From: Lama guanicoe
Lineage: Eukaryota
Length of the DNA stretch: 64,000 bases
NCBI GenBank assembly: GCA_013239625.1
Contig: MU053468.1
Span: 1-64,000, forward strand
Reading direction: 5' to 3'
The position numbers and the translations under genes were made by a program. Shown piece by piece: positions 46,359 to 59,950 of the stretch. Numbering within the stretch: position 1 is the first letter of the stretch; every line of letters begins with the position of its first letter. The notes below the pieces were generated by a model. The model was not told the origin of the DNA. It made no database searches and saw only the letters and a program-made list of their open reading frames with translations.

Positions 46359-49300
46359 GTCTAGAGTCTTTGATGCCAGTGTTCAAGTCCAGGCTCTTGA
46401 GAGCGACCTTGGGGATGTTGCTTGAGCTTTCTGAGTGGTCATTTCATCCCTCCACTTCCCGGGATGTGTAGCATAACTAAGACTGTCTCTTAAGAGCGGG
46501 GGAAAAGGCCAGACTCCTAGGAGAGCTTCACAAATGTCAGCAGACTGCTCTTCCATGCCTCTGCCCAAGCTGTGCCCTGGCCATGGTGTCCTCCTGTTTC
46601 TCAGTTTCTGACAGTCCCCTTTGGGATGCTTTGGCGAACCCCTCCCTTCTTCACCAGCGCTGGTCTTCATCCTGGGAACTCCAGTAGGTTCTGCCTTTGC
46701 TCTAGCATTCCCAGCGCCACCCTGCCACCCTGTGATCCGGCTAATTATGGCCTCTCCTCCTCCCCATGAGAACCCCCTGAGGGCAGCAGGTCTGAAAAGC
46801 AGGTGAGAAGGGCCAGGCTCTGACTCTTGCTTTTCTTACTGAGCATTGCTTCAGTTGGATGAAACTGAAGTAGCCCAGAAATCACCTCTTAGTCCTTCCC
46901 TCCACCTCTTTGGGTGGACGGGGACACTGATGCCAGGAGAACGCTGGCACTCATACAAGGTCACACAGCAGCAGTGCAGGACCAGAACCCCCAGTGCTGT
47001 CTTCTCTCGGTCAAGGTGAAAGCAGGCGCCCTGCTTCTGGCCTGGAAACTCAGAGATTCTGCTGGCCATGGGCAAAAGCCCTCTGGGCAGATGAATTTCA
47101 GCTCAGTTAAACAGGGCAGTTCGAGCTCCCCTAGGGCACGTGGCTCCTGCTCCCATGGCCTCTTCCAGCCTGGCAGCCACCTACTTTCCATTCTGAGCCC
47201 ACTCATGGCTGCCAGGTCAGGGGAAGGAGGGAGCTCCTCAGGCAAGGGTCCTGGGTCCCTGCTTCCCAGCCCTGCGTCCTGGTGCCAGGGCTGCCTGTGC
47301 CCCTAGGCTCCCATTCTTCCATCTGTGAAATGGAAATTGAGCTGAGGGTATAGGTGGCAGCATTCTGCTCTGGAACCAGGCCCAGCCAGAGAGAGCTGGC
47401 GCAGGCCCTGTTCATGGTTGGTGAATGGCTATTTGAGAGCAGAGATCCTCCCTCAATTTCTCTGGGACACCTGTTGCCTTCCTGAGACCTATTGCCTTTT
47501 CCTTTGATCCAGCCCCCTGGCCAGCCAGGCACTTGAAATTGGGCAGAGCAGGGGGCTGGTGAGGACAGGCAGAGCCCTACCCTAGGGGAGTCCTTTTCTG
47601 CCAAAGAAGCTGAGACTGGTATCCATGGCAACCACTCACTAACATAAACCCAGAAGGAGAGAGGAGTACAGGGATCCAGCCCGGAACAGAGGCCTGGCAG
47701 GAATGGGACCTTCCCCAAACACCTGAGCTGGGGGCAGGAGGGGCTGCAGGCACGGGCTCTTGGCTCTTTTTTTATCTGCTTGGTTGAGTCTATCTAGAGC
47801 TAACAGCTGGGGAAACGGAGGCCCAGGGCCTTTTACAATGTCAGCGGGTGCGTAGAAGCCAAGTCAAGCCCCAAACTCCGTGGCTATCTTTGTGGATAAG
47901 GATATCAACACCGCTCCCACCCCGCCCCCTCAGGTGGCTTTGGCCCCTGGAGTGGCCCTGCCCTGGCCACTGCCAGGTCAGCACCATGTAAGGTCTGCGG
48001 GGCGGGGTGTCCCAAGGCCACATTCCAGAATGCCTGTCTGGTAGGTCATGCCCAGGTGCACCGCAGGCCGGCCTGGAATGCCAGCACCCCAGTGACTAAC
48101 CACCAGCTGCCCATTTCCTTTCTTGCTCCTCAGGCATCTTTCGGCTGGTTCTGCCAGCACCTCGGCAGTGCCGCTGACCTGTCAGAGAAGCGCCTTGAAA
48201 CTCACTACCTTAGTCTGGAACTTAGGACCAGTGACTGGCCCAGCCTGTGCCTTAGTTTCCCACTTTGTGAATGGGGCAGGAGGGCCACAGCCTGCAGGGT
48301 GCAGGCTGGTCTGAGAGCGAGGCCTCCTGTGTCAGAGCTGCTCAGAGAGGAGGAGTTCCGCGTCCCTTCCCCAGACAGGAAATGGCTTTTGTTTCTGCCC
48401 TTGTGTGGGGGCCTGAAATCCTGAGGGTAGAAGACGGGAAAGAGGACACTGTCTTGCTCCCCAGGCTCTTGGGGCTGGGTTCCCTGTTGGGCTCTGAATG
48501 TCTCCTGGGCTGAGCTTCCTGCTCCTGGCTTTGTCAGAATGGCTGTGTGACCTGAGGCAGATCCTGATCCTCTCTGAGCCCTGAATCCAAGATTGATGAT
48601 TCTGTTCCTCTCTTTCTGTGGTCAGAGACTTGCTCCCAAGGGTTGTATGGGGCACAGGACTTGGTCTCAGGAACTCTTGTCTGCTGGCCCCCGGCTCTGC
48701 CTGCACGTGCCTTTCCCGGGATAAGCAGGTCTGTTCCCAGCTGCTATAGCAGCCATCTTTCGTATCTCCTGGTTGGTCTCAGTGGTGCCTCTGCCCTCTT
48801 TCCAGGCAGTTTTCCCCAACTCTCTGGGCTGAGCTGGGCACCTAACTCCCGGTTTTCAACAGCTCCCTGTCCCACCATCACTGCATCTACTCCAAGGTAG
48901 GGTGGCTTCTCCCTGCAGCCTCAAGGGGCTGAGCCTGGTCATCTCTGTGGCCCCAATATGTGTGGGGAGCTGGCACAAGCCTGGCCCTCGTTGGCCAACT
49001 GAGTAGCAGAATTGTGTTGACTCAGCCTTGCCTGACCCAAAGCCCATCCTTCTGGGCTGAAGGTGTGTTGGTAGGTTTGGACAACCCTGGACAAGACCAG
49101 GCGCCCGTAGCCGAGGCTGGGGCTTCTTTCGTGGTGCTGCCCTTTGGTCCTGAGCGGGGCACACAACAAGCTGCAGGCCTCGCGTCTCCGGGAAGGAAGT
49201 AGCGGCAGTGGTCCATATGGTCCCTGTCTGTCCAGCCCGGAGCCTTGATCGTGGGGCCTCCTTTCCCCACACTGGGCAGAATGGCTCCTGTACATGCAGG

Positions 49301-52300
49301 AGGGCACTGTGGTGGCTTTGCCTGGTCTATTCTACAGACAGGGCACTGGAGGCGAAGGGCTGTCCTCAGGTTACTCTGTGAGGAGATGTGAAGCCGGATG
49401 CTGGTCCGCTCCGGGCCTGGGCCTCTCCTGGTGTTGGGGGATTGGTGAGAGGAGTCTCAGGTAAGATACATCACAGCAAGAAGTAAGTGAGAAGGATGCA
49501 GTAGCCAGAGCTTGGAGGCTAGAGGTGGGGTCTTGGCCTCCTGCTTGTCCTCTGTTCTTTGCCTCCATGGAGACCTTGCTGGGGTCTCCCCTTCCCACCC
49601 ACAACCTGGTAGCCCCATGGGGTCTTCATGGTCCTTTCTCTGCCCAGCATGGACTTGCCAGATGGAGTCCCACGTGGCAAGGAGCACGATTAAGCTCTGG
49701 AAACTGTAAAGGACGGTGCCTGGGGAGGGAGGGTGTTACTCAGTCACAGTGTTTCCAACACCCATGTGAGGGCGGTTGGTGTGCATGTTGAGAACTGCCT
49801 CTTTCTGGCCTTTTTTGGGGTAAGACAGGGAGCACAGGCCAGGTCTGGGAGCTTGGAGGCCAGCTCAGCCTAGCTCCTGCCTGGTTCTGTCTGTGGCCTT
49901 TGTTTCTTTCACCTTTTGAATCTCAATTTTCCATCTGAGAAGTGGGAGCAGGTCGCCTCGGCCCTGAAGCAGCACACGAGGGAAGGCTGAGGGTTCGTGG
50001 GCTTGAGCTACGCTGATCTGAGGTCTCTTATCTCTCTCCACCCCCTTTCTCCCCACACCCCCCACCTTATCGTAGGTCTGTGTCCACATAGGCCACGCCC
50101 TCCATGGGTCCAGATAAGGGTGTGGTCACCTTGTCTCCGGCCCCTGGTGGTCCTGGGAGTCCCTGAGCCAGGATAGGGCTGGGGAGGCTGAGATGGGAAA
50201 GGAGTGGCCGTGCAAAGCCCCCAAATTGCTAAGGCCGAGTCTGGTTCCAGGAAAGCCGGCCCCAAATGATAGACTAGAACCACAGGCCAGAGGCCCGGCT
50301 GCCTGTTGCCGCCCACTCCGGGCAGAGAGGCTTGGTGGGGAGCGGGGGCAGGGCTCTCTGAGCTCTGGGGTGGTTCTACTCTTGGACTGATGGGGTCTGC
50401 GGGCAGGGCTCTTGGTCAGGGAGAGGTGCTTTGGGGTCCTCTTTATGGGGACGAGTTTGGAAGCTAGGTTCTCTAGGGACAGGGTGGGGCCTCTCTGAGG
50501 GTTGAGGCTTTGGGGCTGGGGGTCCCATCCTCACGGTCCCTGCAGAGATGACCACTGTGTTGTCCTGCCATTGATGGCCCAGGTTTGTGCGCTGACATGG
50601 GGGTAGGAGGGTTGGCATATGTAGAACAAATGTGATGAAGACTTAGGATGGACCCAGCAGGGATGTCACACTCAAGCGGGCAACCTGGGGCTCCGAGTGG
50701 GGGCCGGATGGTCCTGGAGGCCACTCGGCTTGTCCCTGGGGGCCAGGGGCAGGATCTTGCCCTGTGGAAGCTCTGAGGCAGGTAGACGTGAGTGCGCTTG
50801 ACAGCCCTGCCTTGGCTGATCCCCTTAGGCTCGGGGGGGTGGGGGGAAGTGCTGGCGGGGCCAGGCTGTGGTTTCCCAGCCTTAGCCATCCAGAGCCAGG
50901 TCAGCAGAGCCAGGCCCTCAGGCCCCTATAATTACTGGGGCGGGAGCTGTAGCCCAGCATTGGAGCAGGAGTGAGACTTCCAGAGTGAGCCAGCTCTGAG
51001 GCCTCCACAGGGGGACCAGGGTCCCTCCAAGAGGGACTAGCCAATGGCAGTCATCACCCATCCTTTCAGATCCCTAGGCCCCGTCCTTCTAGCCATCTGC
51101 CCCCATTTTGGAGAAAAGAACAGAAGTGGGAGTTCCCATAATCTATGTTACAGAGGAGGAAAGTGGCACAGAGAGGTTAAGTAACTTGCCTAAGATCACA
51201 CAGCAGGGAAGGTGGCAAAGCCAGGATTTGAACCCAGATGCTCTGGCTCTGGAGCCCATGCTCTTGGGAATTCAGCTATGCTGCCTGCTGCTCTGAGAGA
51301 GGCAGGGTGAACATGGGGTGATGATGACTGTGCTTGGGGGAGTGAGCTTGGGAACCAGGTGGCCTACCCTGGATGAGATGGATCTCAGCAGGGGGAAAGG
51401 AACAGCCCAGGAAGAGGATACAGGTGTAGTCAAGGCTTGGAGACCTGCGGGCTGTAATGCACAAGTCACGGGGGCCTCAGACCATCCAGACCAGTGGTTT
51501 CCAATTACCTGGGCAATGTGTAAATAGATTCCTCGCTCCTGCCTCTGCACAGGGTGATTGTGCAGATCTGGAGGCCGCAAATGCTAGAAGTCTGGGCTTA
51601 ATTTGTGTGGCAGTGGGGAGCCACACTCAGTGAACTGACACAGGTGACACTTTCAGAACAGTGTCTGGCGTGTAGTAAGCACTCAATATGTGTTAATACC
51701 CATATGATTGTTGTTGTTGGTAGCAGTAGTACTGACCCAGGGGCCTGGGCCAGTGCATGCTGAAGAACTCCTGGGCACCTCTGAGCCCGAGCAGATTTGA
51801 GCAACCACTGGGTCATGGCCTTAGCTCCTTGAGTCCAGAAACTATCTTGTGGCGTCTGAAGCCCCAACCCAGGACTTAGTAGGTAGTTGACAAGTGTTTG
51901 TGAGACCAGGCTGCAGGAAGGATGCTGGATGGGCTGGGAGAGGCTGGAGGCAGGGAGCCCAGATAGGAGGACAGGTGGTGGAGAGAGAATTGCTGGGGCC
52001 CATTCATGGGAGGCGAGGAGGGTGTCACGGCCTGGTAGTGGACCAGGGAGTGGAGACGTGGAATCAGAATCTAGGTAGCTGGGTCACTGAGGGATGAGAG
52101 AGCCTGTGGGGTTGGACCACCATGAGGTGATTGGTTTCAGAGGGTGATGGAGGTGAGGACATGGAGTTGGGGAGGGGCGAGAACTCTTTTAAGACTTCAG
52201 CTGTGAAGTAGGGGGAGTGAGAAAGAGCCGCTGGCAGTGAGGACAAAGAAGGATTGCTTTCACCACCAGGATGAGAGAGAGGTGAGCATGTCTGTGGGCT

Positions 52301-55300
52301 GGCGTATAGGGGACAAAAGTGACGGAAATGCTGACAGGACAGCTCAAGCCAGCGGCTGACCCAGGCCAAGAGCCCCGAAAGGCAGGAGGGCCAGCTGGTC
52401 TGGGACAAGAGGCAAGCCCCGTGGAGGCTTGACAGGGGTGTAATTAGGGTCAATGGGTAAGAAAATTCAGGTGCTCTTGCTTTTCCAGAATGTTTTCTTG
52501 GCCCAGGGAGGAGGCCCCTGTGGGCAGAGGACGATTCTGGCTGTGGATTTGGGGTGACTGCCTGGAGAGGCCTGGACTGGGATCTGTGGCCGTGGGATGC
52601 GGGGGGCTGCGTGTGGGGTGGGAGCCCCACCTTGCCTGCCCCAGGCTGGTGGGGCTGGTGGAGTGGGCTTGGTCTGAGCTATAGGAGGCTGCTCCTGGGC
52701 GTGAGGCCCATCCTGTGACCCACTAAACCTCAGCCTCCAGGAAAGAGGCTAAAAATAAGGCTGTGGTGAAGAAGGGCGGGGGTGTGTGGGTCTAAGCCGG
52801 CCAGGAGCCCAGAGGAAAATCTGAGACGCCCGGCCGAGCTGCTATGACACACGCTCCCCGTGCCGGCGGCCAGTGGGGTCTCACTCGCCTGTGGCTGTGG
52901 CCTTTACCAGGCCTCGGAGAGGAAAAGCAACCCAGAAAGGCTCAGGCAGGGCCTGACCTAGGATCTTAAGGCCTATATGAGCCCCTGTTCCCTGGAAGGG
53001 TTTCCCTGACCTTCTACCTTGGACCCAAGTCTGAGGCTCTGAGGTGCTGAGGTGGGGGCATTCAAAGCTTCCTGGGATCTAGACTGTTCAGGAGTTCCTG
53101 GGGAGCCTGGATGCCCATCTGGATATGTCCATTCCTCCCCCTTACCAGGAACTCTGTGTAGTAGAGGAAGTCAAGGGAGGCTTCCTGGAGGCAGAGGCAA
53201 ATGCTGGACCTCGGAGTATGGTGGGGAGAGTACTTTTAGTCAGATGGCTAGGATGTGCCTCAGGGAGGAAGCAAGAGTGTTTCGATTTGCTGTGGACACT
53301 TGCCACCTTCATGATGACCATTTTGATATGGCCTCCCTCCCAGAGAGTGACCCTGTGGTTACCACAGATCCATGCCCTCCTCTGGGCTGTAGGTGGGGAC
53401 CCGCAGTGCAGGACCCAGGCGGAGTTTTACCCTCCTACCATCTCCTGACTCTGCTCATCCTTCTGTCTACCCAATGCCTAAATTGTGACAGTCCCTGTCC
53501 TGGGTTCTGGAGATGACTGGCCATGGTCCCAGCTCTCAAGGGGTTCATGGTCTAGTAGTGGATGAGGCAAGCCTCTCCCATCTTTGCTTATATATCCACT
53601 CCACAAAGTCACTGTGGGCTAGTTGTGTGCCAGACCCCAGGCTGAGGGTCTAGAGTGGACCACACAGAGGTGCTGCAGTAGAAGAACAGCTTGGTTTTTG
53701 GCAATAGACCTGATTTCAAATCTCACCTCTGACATCTTATGTGCTGCATGAACAGTTATTTTATTTCTTGGAACCTGGGTCTCCTCACATGTAAGATGGG
53801 ATGATAGTCATAGATCAGCATGGATAGCAGGGATAGAAGTACCATCTGTAGAGCCTCACATGGTGGCTGGAACTTAGCAGGAACCAGCAACTAGCAGCTC
53901 TTAGCTCCCAGCCACAGTGGGTCCAAGGAGCTTATATCCACATCCTTCTGTGTCTTTTCTGTAGAGCTAACTAGTCCTAGTGTGACAAATGCTAAAACAA
54001 GGATGGACGGAGGGAGTGGGGGCAACTAACTTATTGAGGGTAGTGGGATGGAGAGAGATCAGGGAAGACTTCCCGGAAAAGGAGGCATCTAAACTAGTCT
54101 TAGAGAGATGGCAGGAATTAGTTCAGCCAACAAAACTGTGCCAAAGTCAGAAGAGGGAGGGTATGTAGTTGGGGGGCCATGAGTAGTTTAGGGTGGCTGG
54201 AGAATGGGGTGGAGGGGTGATTCCTGAGAAGTGAGGCTGGGGGGCGGGGTTGGCGGGGCTGAACTTCATGGCCTGGTGAAGGGCCTGGCTCCTCCCCTGA
54301 GCATGGGAAGTCACAGGTGATGGTGATTATACGAGAGGGATGTGGTCAGATCAGGAGGCTACAGAGCCCTCGCTCAGGACCGGGAATGGGCTGTGGGGCT
54401 GGGAGGTGAGTGTGGGTGGCTCCCCAAGGTCAGGTCCAGCCATGCCACCCACAGGCCCTGATGGGACTCGGGGCCTCTGAGGCCGGGTCAGGGCACCTCG
54501 GAGGTCCCACTTGGTGGCCCTGCCATCCACAGCGCCAGGACTGGCCCCTGGCTTCTGCCTTCAAGGCAAGGTCACAGACCGCCCTAGTTATTAAGTCATT
54601 AACTGGGTCTTGCACAGTCTCTTCATTATGGGTAATTAGGGTGAATCCACTCTGGGTATTAACAAGGAGGAGACCAGCTTCTCTGGGCTGTCAGGCTGCT
54701 AGAACACCAGCCGGGCTGACCCTGCAGCCCAGGAAATCCCTCAGCATCCCAGCCCTGGGTCTCCAGCAGGGGCACAGGGGTACTCCACTCCCCCCAGCAG
54801 TACTGTCTGGAGATTCCAATTTCACCCATTTCCCTGTTGTGTGACTCTGAACATGTGACTTAACCTTCTGTGCCTCAGTTTCCTCACCTATCCTGTGGGA
54901 CGATGCTTTAGTAGGGGTAAACTAGTAAAGCGCTTAATTCTCAATAATGCAGACCGTCGACATTTTAAAGGCTGACGTCACCCTCATCACGTGGAATAGT
55001 TCTGGGAGTCCCCCAAAGGCAGGAGCCCGGTCCTTCCTCTGACCCCTCCGTGGGGAGCTCCTGGGGCAGCCCCTGTCTCTTTTCTCCCCAGCCCTTCTCA
55101 GTGCAGACGTGCAGTGGTCAGGGGGGCTCTGGCCTGTGGCCCGGCCTCCTGCTGTTCTCAGAGATAAGTGGAGGCGGGGGCCCTGGGCCTGCGGGGCTGG
55201 GGGTTGTGCTTACTCAACCAGGAGCCCTGGTTGCTGGCCTCCATACAGCCATGGCTCGGTCTGTCCACAGCTGCCCATAGTTTCCAGTTGTTCTGGCTGC

Positions 55301-56069
55301 CGCCGCCTTTTGGTATATAAAGCCCTGATGAGGTAGCAGAGGTGGCTGGAAGCTGGGAGAAGGGCAGACGTGGCCTCAAGGGCTCCCCTTCCCCCAAGAA
55401 GGCAGGCCCAGAGCCCCCCTGCCTCCCTCTGCCTCTCAGCTCCTGCGTTGGAAAGTTGGGGTCCTGGTTATACTCCTGAGGACAGCTGGGGGAGCGTGGG
55501 TCTGTGCACACGTGCGTGTGAGCAGGTATGAGCGTTGCCTGCGAGTCCTCCCCGCCCCTCCTCAGCCAGAGGGCTTCCCTGCAGCTTTCAGTGGCTGCCC
55601 ACACACTCCCTGGGCTGTGGGCTGTGTGGTCTCCCCTGAGGGCAGGGTCCATGTCTGGGGTCCCAGCTCCTAGTCTGGAGCTAGGCCCCAGGTGGGCAAG
55701 AGGTCCAGGCTGGCAGTGGGAGGCTTGGCTGTGCCACCCGGCTGAGGGACCTGGGAGGAACCTTGCCTCTCTGTGCCTTGGACACCCCCTAACCCTGAAT
55801 TGGCTGAGTGAGGGGGTGGGGTCCTATTCCCCGGGTGAGCACGGGAGCCCCGGTGGGGGCCGGGTGGAAGCTTGGCCTCCAGGGTCCCCAGTGGCCTGGC
55901 TAAACTGGGCAGGGTGGAGTTCTCAAGATGGGGCCAGGCTGGGCCCTATAAGGTGAAAAGAGAGCTGGTCTAGGCCTGGGACTGGGGGTCACGTAGGTGG
56001 GGTCGGGGGGGATGGCGGCACCCAGGCATCAGACAGTGCCAGTGAGCACCCTCTGCCTTCTCCTCCCAG

Positions 56070-56135
56070 GCGTCCTTCTGGACATCCAGCAGCACTTTGG
56101 GGTCAAGGACCGTGGCGCCGGCTTGCTGCAGTCAG
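56070..56135 (+). CDS. SPNS2: SPNS2 exon 2 (66 nt): (G)[21 protein letters not shown](V); the gene continues beyond the window
   Basis: Acceptor ccttctcctcccag|, donor |gtgagg; phase 1-1, consistent with exon 1. Confidence 0.96.
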
Positions 56136-58574
56136 GTGAGGCCCCCCTCCCGCCCTGGCCCCCATGTGGTCTCCACCTGCTGGTGTGGGGGGCTCCTGCT
56201 CGCCTTCTCTCAGGTCCTGACTCGCTGGAAAGAGCATGGGCCTTGTGTCCAAATCCCGCTGTTGCCACTCACAGAAGGCACCACTTCTTGAGCCTGTGCT
56301 TCTATTCTTGTAAAACAAAACAAACAACACCTGCCCTGAGGGGCTGTGGGTGATACGCAAGAATGGGAATCACCTTGTAGATGCCAAAGCCGGAAATGCC
56401 AACTGGTCCGCAAACTCAGGGCAGGAGCCTGAGGACCTGGGTCCCAGACAAGACCTGGATCTGAGGGCCTCGGCCCCTCTCCCCCGGGGCCCCAGCCTTG
56501 CGACTGGTGGGGAGGCAGGGCCCAAGCCCCATCCGGGCCAGGGCAGCTGGCAGGTGATTATGCAGTTATCTGCCCCTACCTCCAGGGTCCACGTCAACCT
56601 TGTCCCTGCCCTGCCTGCTACATGGCCCTGGGACCTGAGCTCCTGGCTCCCTGATTTTCCCACTGGCTGAGGCCATGCTGGCCGTGCTGGCCGTGCCCTC
56701 AGCAGGACCTCAGGCCTGGGCAGAGATTCAGAGCCAGACAGGGCTGGTCCTGTCTCCTGCCTGACCTTGCCGTGTGGCTAGTTCCCTTGGCCCTGATTCC
56801 CCTTTGTCCTCATGTCCATCTGGCTGTGAAGCCTGGTTAGATGTAGGGGAGAAGGTCCACAGGGTCTGCATTCCAGTCTGAACCCCTTCCCCTCCCGGTC
56901 TCTCCGGGGAGGGAGGGGTGGAGTGAGCTGGCTCTGCCTAGGAACCTGCCTGACCTGTCTAGGTGGCATTCCAGAATGCACAGTGCCAGCCCTCCACGGC
57001 CGGTGGCCACAGCCACTCAGCCAGACTCAGCACCGTCCTCATTTCCCAGAAGGGGTCTTCAGGACTCACAGAGGTGAGATGATAGCTCCAGGGTTCGGTC
57101 CTAATATGTGAGAACTACCGAGGTAAGACTGAGGCAAGGCTGTGGGGTCCAGTGCCTCCTAAGTGTGGCCAGGTCCCTGCCCCTGCAGACGTCACCTCAA
57201 GCCCAAGCCCCTCCACTGGCTCCTCCACCCTTGCTTGGCCTCCCCGGCCTGGGTCAGACCAAGTCATCCTGCCCTGGGGCCTGGAACAGATTCCTCCATC
57301 CACCTGGGCTCCATGCAATATAGTGACCAGCACTTAAAGTGGGGAGACAGAGTTCAAGCCCAGAGGGCACGTGGGAAGGAGCAGGCTGCCGAGCGAGCTG
57401 GTGAGGGAAAGGCAGGAGGGAGAGTGGCTGTCGAGCCCCCTCCCTCCGTGGCCCCTGAGTCACTGGTGACCCAGCCCAAGCCTCATCCCCCTCCTGGTCT
57501 TAGTGTTGCTGACTGGTCTGCCCCAGCCTCCTCCATTCAGCCCCCACTGACTGAGGTCAAGGCCAGTGCAGCCGCCCAGGGAGACAGTGAGAGGGCCGCG
57601 AGGGTCATAGCACCGCCACAGTTTTGTCCTTCTTGGCTAAGAGAGAAGTCCCAGAAGTCCCTACTTCTCCCTGGCGACCTGGCCTGAGGTGGCCAAATCA
57701 CCACAGCATCATCTTGTTTGATTCTTCCTCCTACAAGCTCTCTCTGATCAGCTTCCCTTTCCAGGTGGGTCACGAGAGGGGAAATGACTTGCTTAAGGTC
57801 CCTTGGTGAGAGCAGCAGGCCGGATGTTGGGATTTCTGTGTATGCGGTTCTCTTGGCCTGGAATTGGGCACCGATGGTCACTGGATTGGGGAGGCTCATC
57901 CCAGGCACCTGAGTGTCTGGTGTCTCAGTGTTTTCAGGGTGGGTGCCTCTGAGCCGTGGTGAGTCTCCGAGACCCTCTAGTCATGACCCTACGGCCCTCA
58001 CCCTGCCGCCTACCCCGGACACAGCTGGGATGGCTCCCTGGAGTGTCCTTGCCCCTTTGGCCAAATGAGCCAAGAAACCAGGCGAGCTTGACCAGGATGT
58101 GACTCAGCGGGCTACCAAGTAAATCACCTAATTGGCCCGGGCCCCAGGCACCTGTCTCTTCCCCAAGCCCTGATAAGGTCGGAGCCAGGGGGAGGGCGCC
58201 AGCCAGGTGTTGCTGCTTGCCCAGATCAAAGGGCCAGGGCTGAGAGCTGGGTTGCCTGCCTGCTTATTTGTGGGCACCAGGGGCTGCTGGGCCCGGAGGC
58301 AGGGTTGGGGGCGGTTGAGGGTTCGGCCTGGGCCTGCCCCTGCTTGGGACGAGAGCCTGAAAGCTGGCTTGGGAAGAGCCTGATTTCGGCAGCCCCCCGC
58401 AGGTGGCTGCTAGTTCTGAGTTGGCCCCTGAGGTCCCTGCAGTGGCCGTAGCTCGGCCTCTGTGAGAGCCCAGGGCAGAATTACAGCTCTTGGGTCTTGC
58501 TGCCAAACCCACTGCTTGGCAGACCCTGTACTGGGCTCTGCCATGGACTCTGTCCCGGCGCTCAGGTGTACTCC

Positions 58575-58719
58575 TTTTGTTTGTTTTTTTGGGGGGAGGA
58601 GAGGGGGCAGGGGGAGGGTAATTAGGTTTATTTACCCTTGGAGGAGGTACTGGGGGATTGAACCCTGGACCTTGTGCATACTAAGCATGTGCTCTACCAC
58701 CTGAGCTATACCTTCCCCC
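58575..58719 (-). mobile_element. Camelid-type tRNA-derived SINE (Vic-1-like)
   Basis: Antisense of ggtatagctcaggtggtagagcacatgcttagtatgcacaaggtccagggttcaatcccccagtacctcc plus aataaacctaattacc tail. Confidence 0.9.
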
Positions 58720-59689
58720 TGGACATCTTTTACTATAGGAGTAGATGTATCCAGTCCCCACCCTGGGGGACTATGGGAACGCAGGGCAGGGTGGTGGCGG
58801 TGGTAGTAGTGAATGTGCACCTAGCTGTGCCTGGTAGCAGGTGAAGAAGACGTCCCCGAGGAGGGGACATTTAAGTGGGGCTTTGAAGGATGAGTTGGAG
58901 TTTGTTCAGGAAAAAGGAGTTCCAGTCAGCTTGTTAGTTTGTCAGATGTTTTTCCCCCCTCCAAGCTGGATAAAATATGCCAAGAAAACATAATTAAATG
59001 ACAGAGTTGAGTTTGAAAGCTAAAGCTAACAGGGAAATTTCCAGGTGCCAGAAGGAAAGAGTTGAACTCAAACACAGGGGTGGGAGCTGATACTGCAGGC
59101 AGGCGGGGCCCAGTGTGTGTCTTAGAAGCTTGTTACAGTATTCTTAATGTAAACGTTTTTATCCTGAAAAAATGTAAATACATGTAAAACATAGACTAGT
59201 ATAACACATTTACGTATAGCCATCACCCAGGTTCATCAAAGTATGACAAGTCTGGCCTAGTTTCAGGGCTTGGAGATTTCTTTGCTCTGTATTGCAGGGG
59301 TGATTCAGTTTCCACCCAGAGCCCAGGGTAAGTTTCCTGATTTCAAGCTGTGTCCCCAGGCCAGTGGGAAGTTTTCCCACCCGTGAAAGGACGTCTCCTT
59401 CCTGGCTCTGATTTTGTGCGGGGAGCCTAGTCCAGCCCCTGCTGTGTACAGACCTGGGAATTCCACCACTTCTGCAGGGAGGGACCCCAGTGGAGGCAAA
59501 TCCCAAACTGCTCTTTAGGGAAGCCTTCATGACCCGGGGCTGGCACGGGACACAGACGACAAGTCCCACTGAAGACAAACCCAAGTTCAAAATGAGTGTG
59601 CTCTCACACTTTTGCTCCTACTTTTGTGGGAGACAGTCCACCAGCCCAGGAAATGGAGAAACCAACTTCTGAAGAATTGCAGAGAATAG

Positions 59690-59950
59690 ACTCATTTGAA
59701 GGGACTTTATGCTTAACATTCAAAACTGTAAAGAAAGAGTAGAGTTTATAAGACAGGAATAGCACATTATTAAAAAAAGAAAAAAAGGACAGGGAGATGT
59801 TTAAAAGATCGAGATTCCAGAAGTGAAAAATATAGTGTTAAAGTAAAAAAAAATGTAATAATTAGCCAAGTTAACAAGTAGATTAGACCCAGTTAAAGAG
59901 AAAATAAGCAAATTAGAAGCTGGATCTGAGGAAATCAGCATAAATGCAAC
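59690..59950 (+). mobile_element. Old L1 ORF1-region fragment
   Basis: A-rich segment with gaagtgaaaaatatagt...agtagattagac...gagaaaataagcaaattagaag. Confidence 0.55.
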
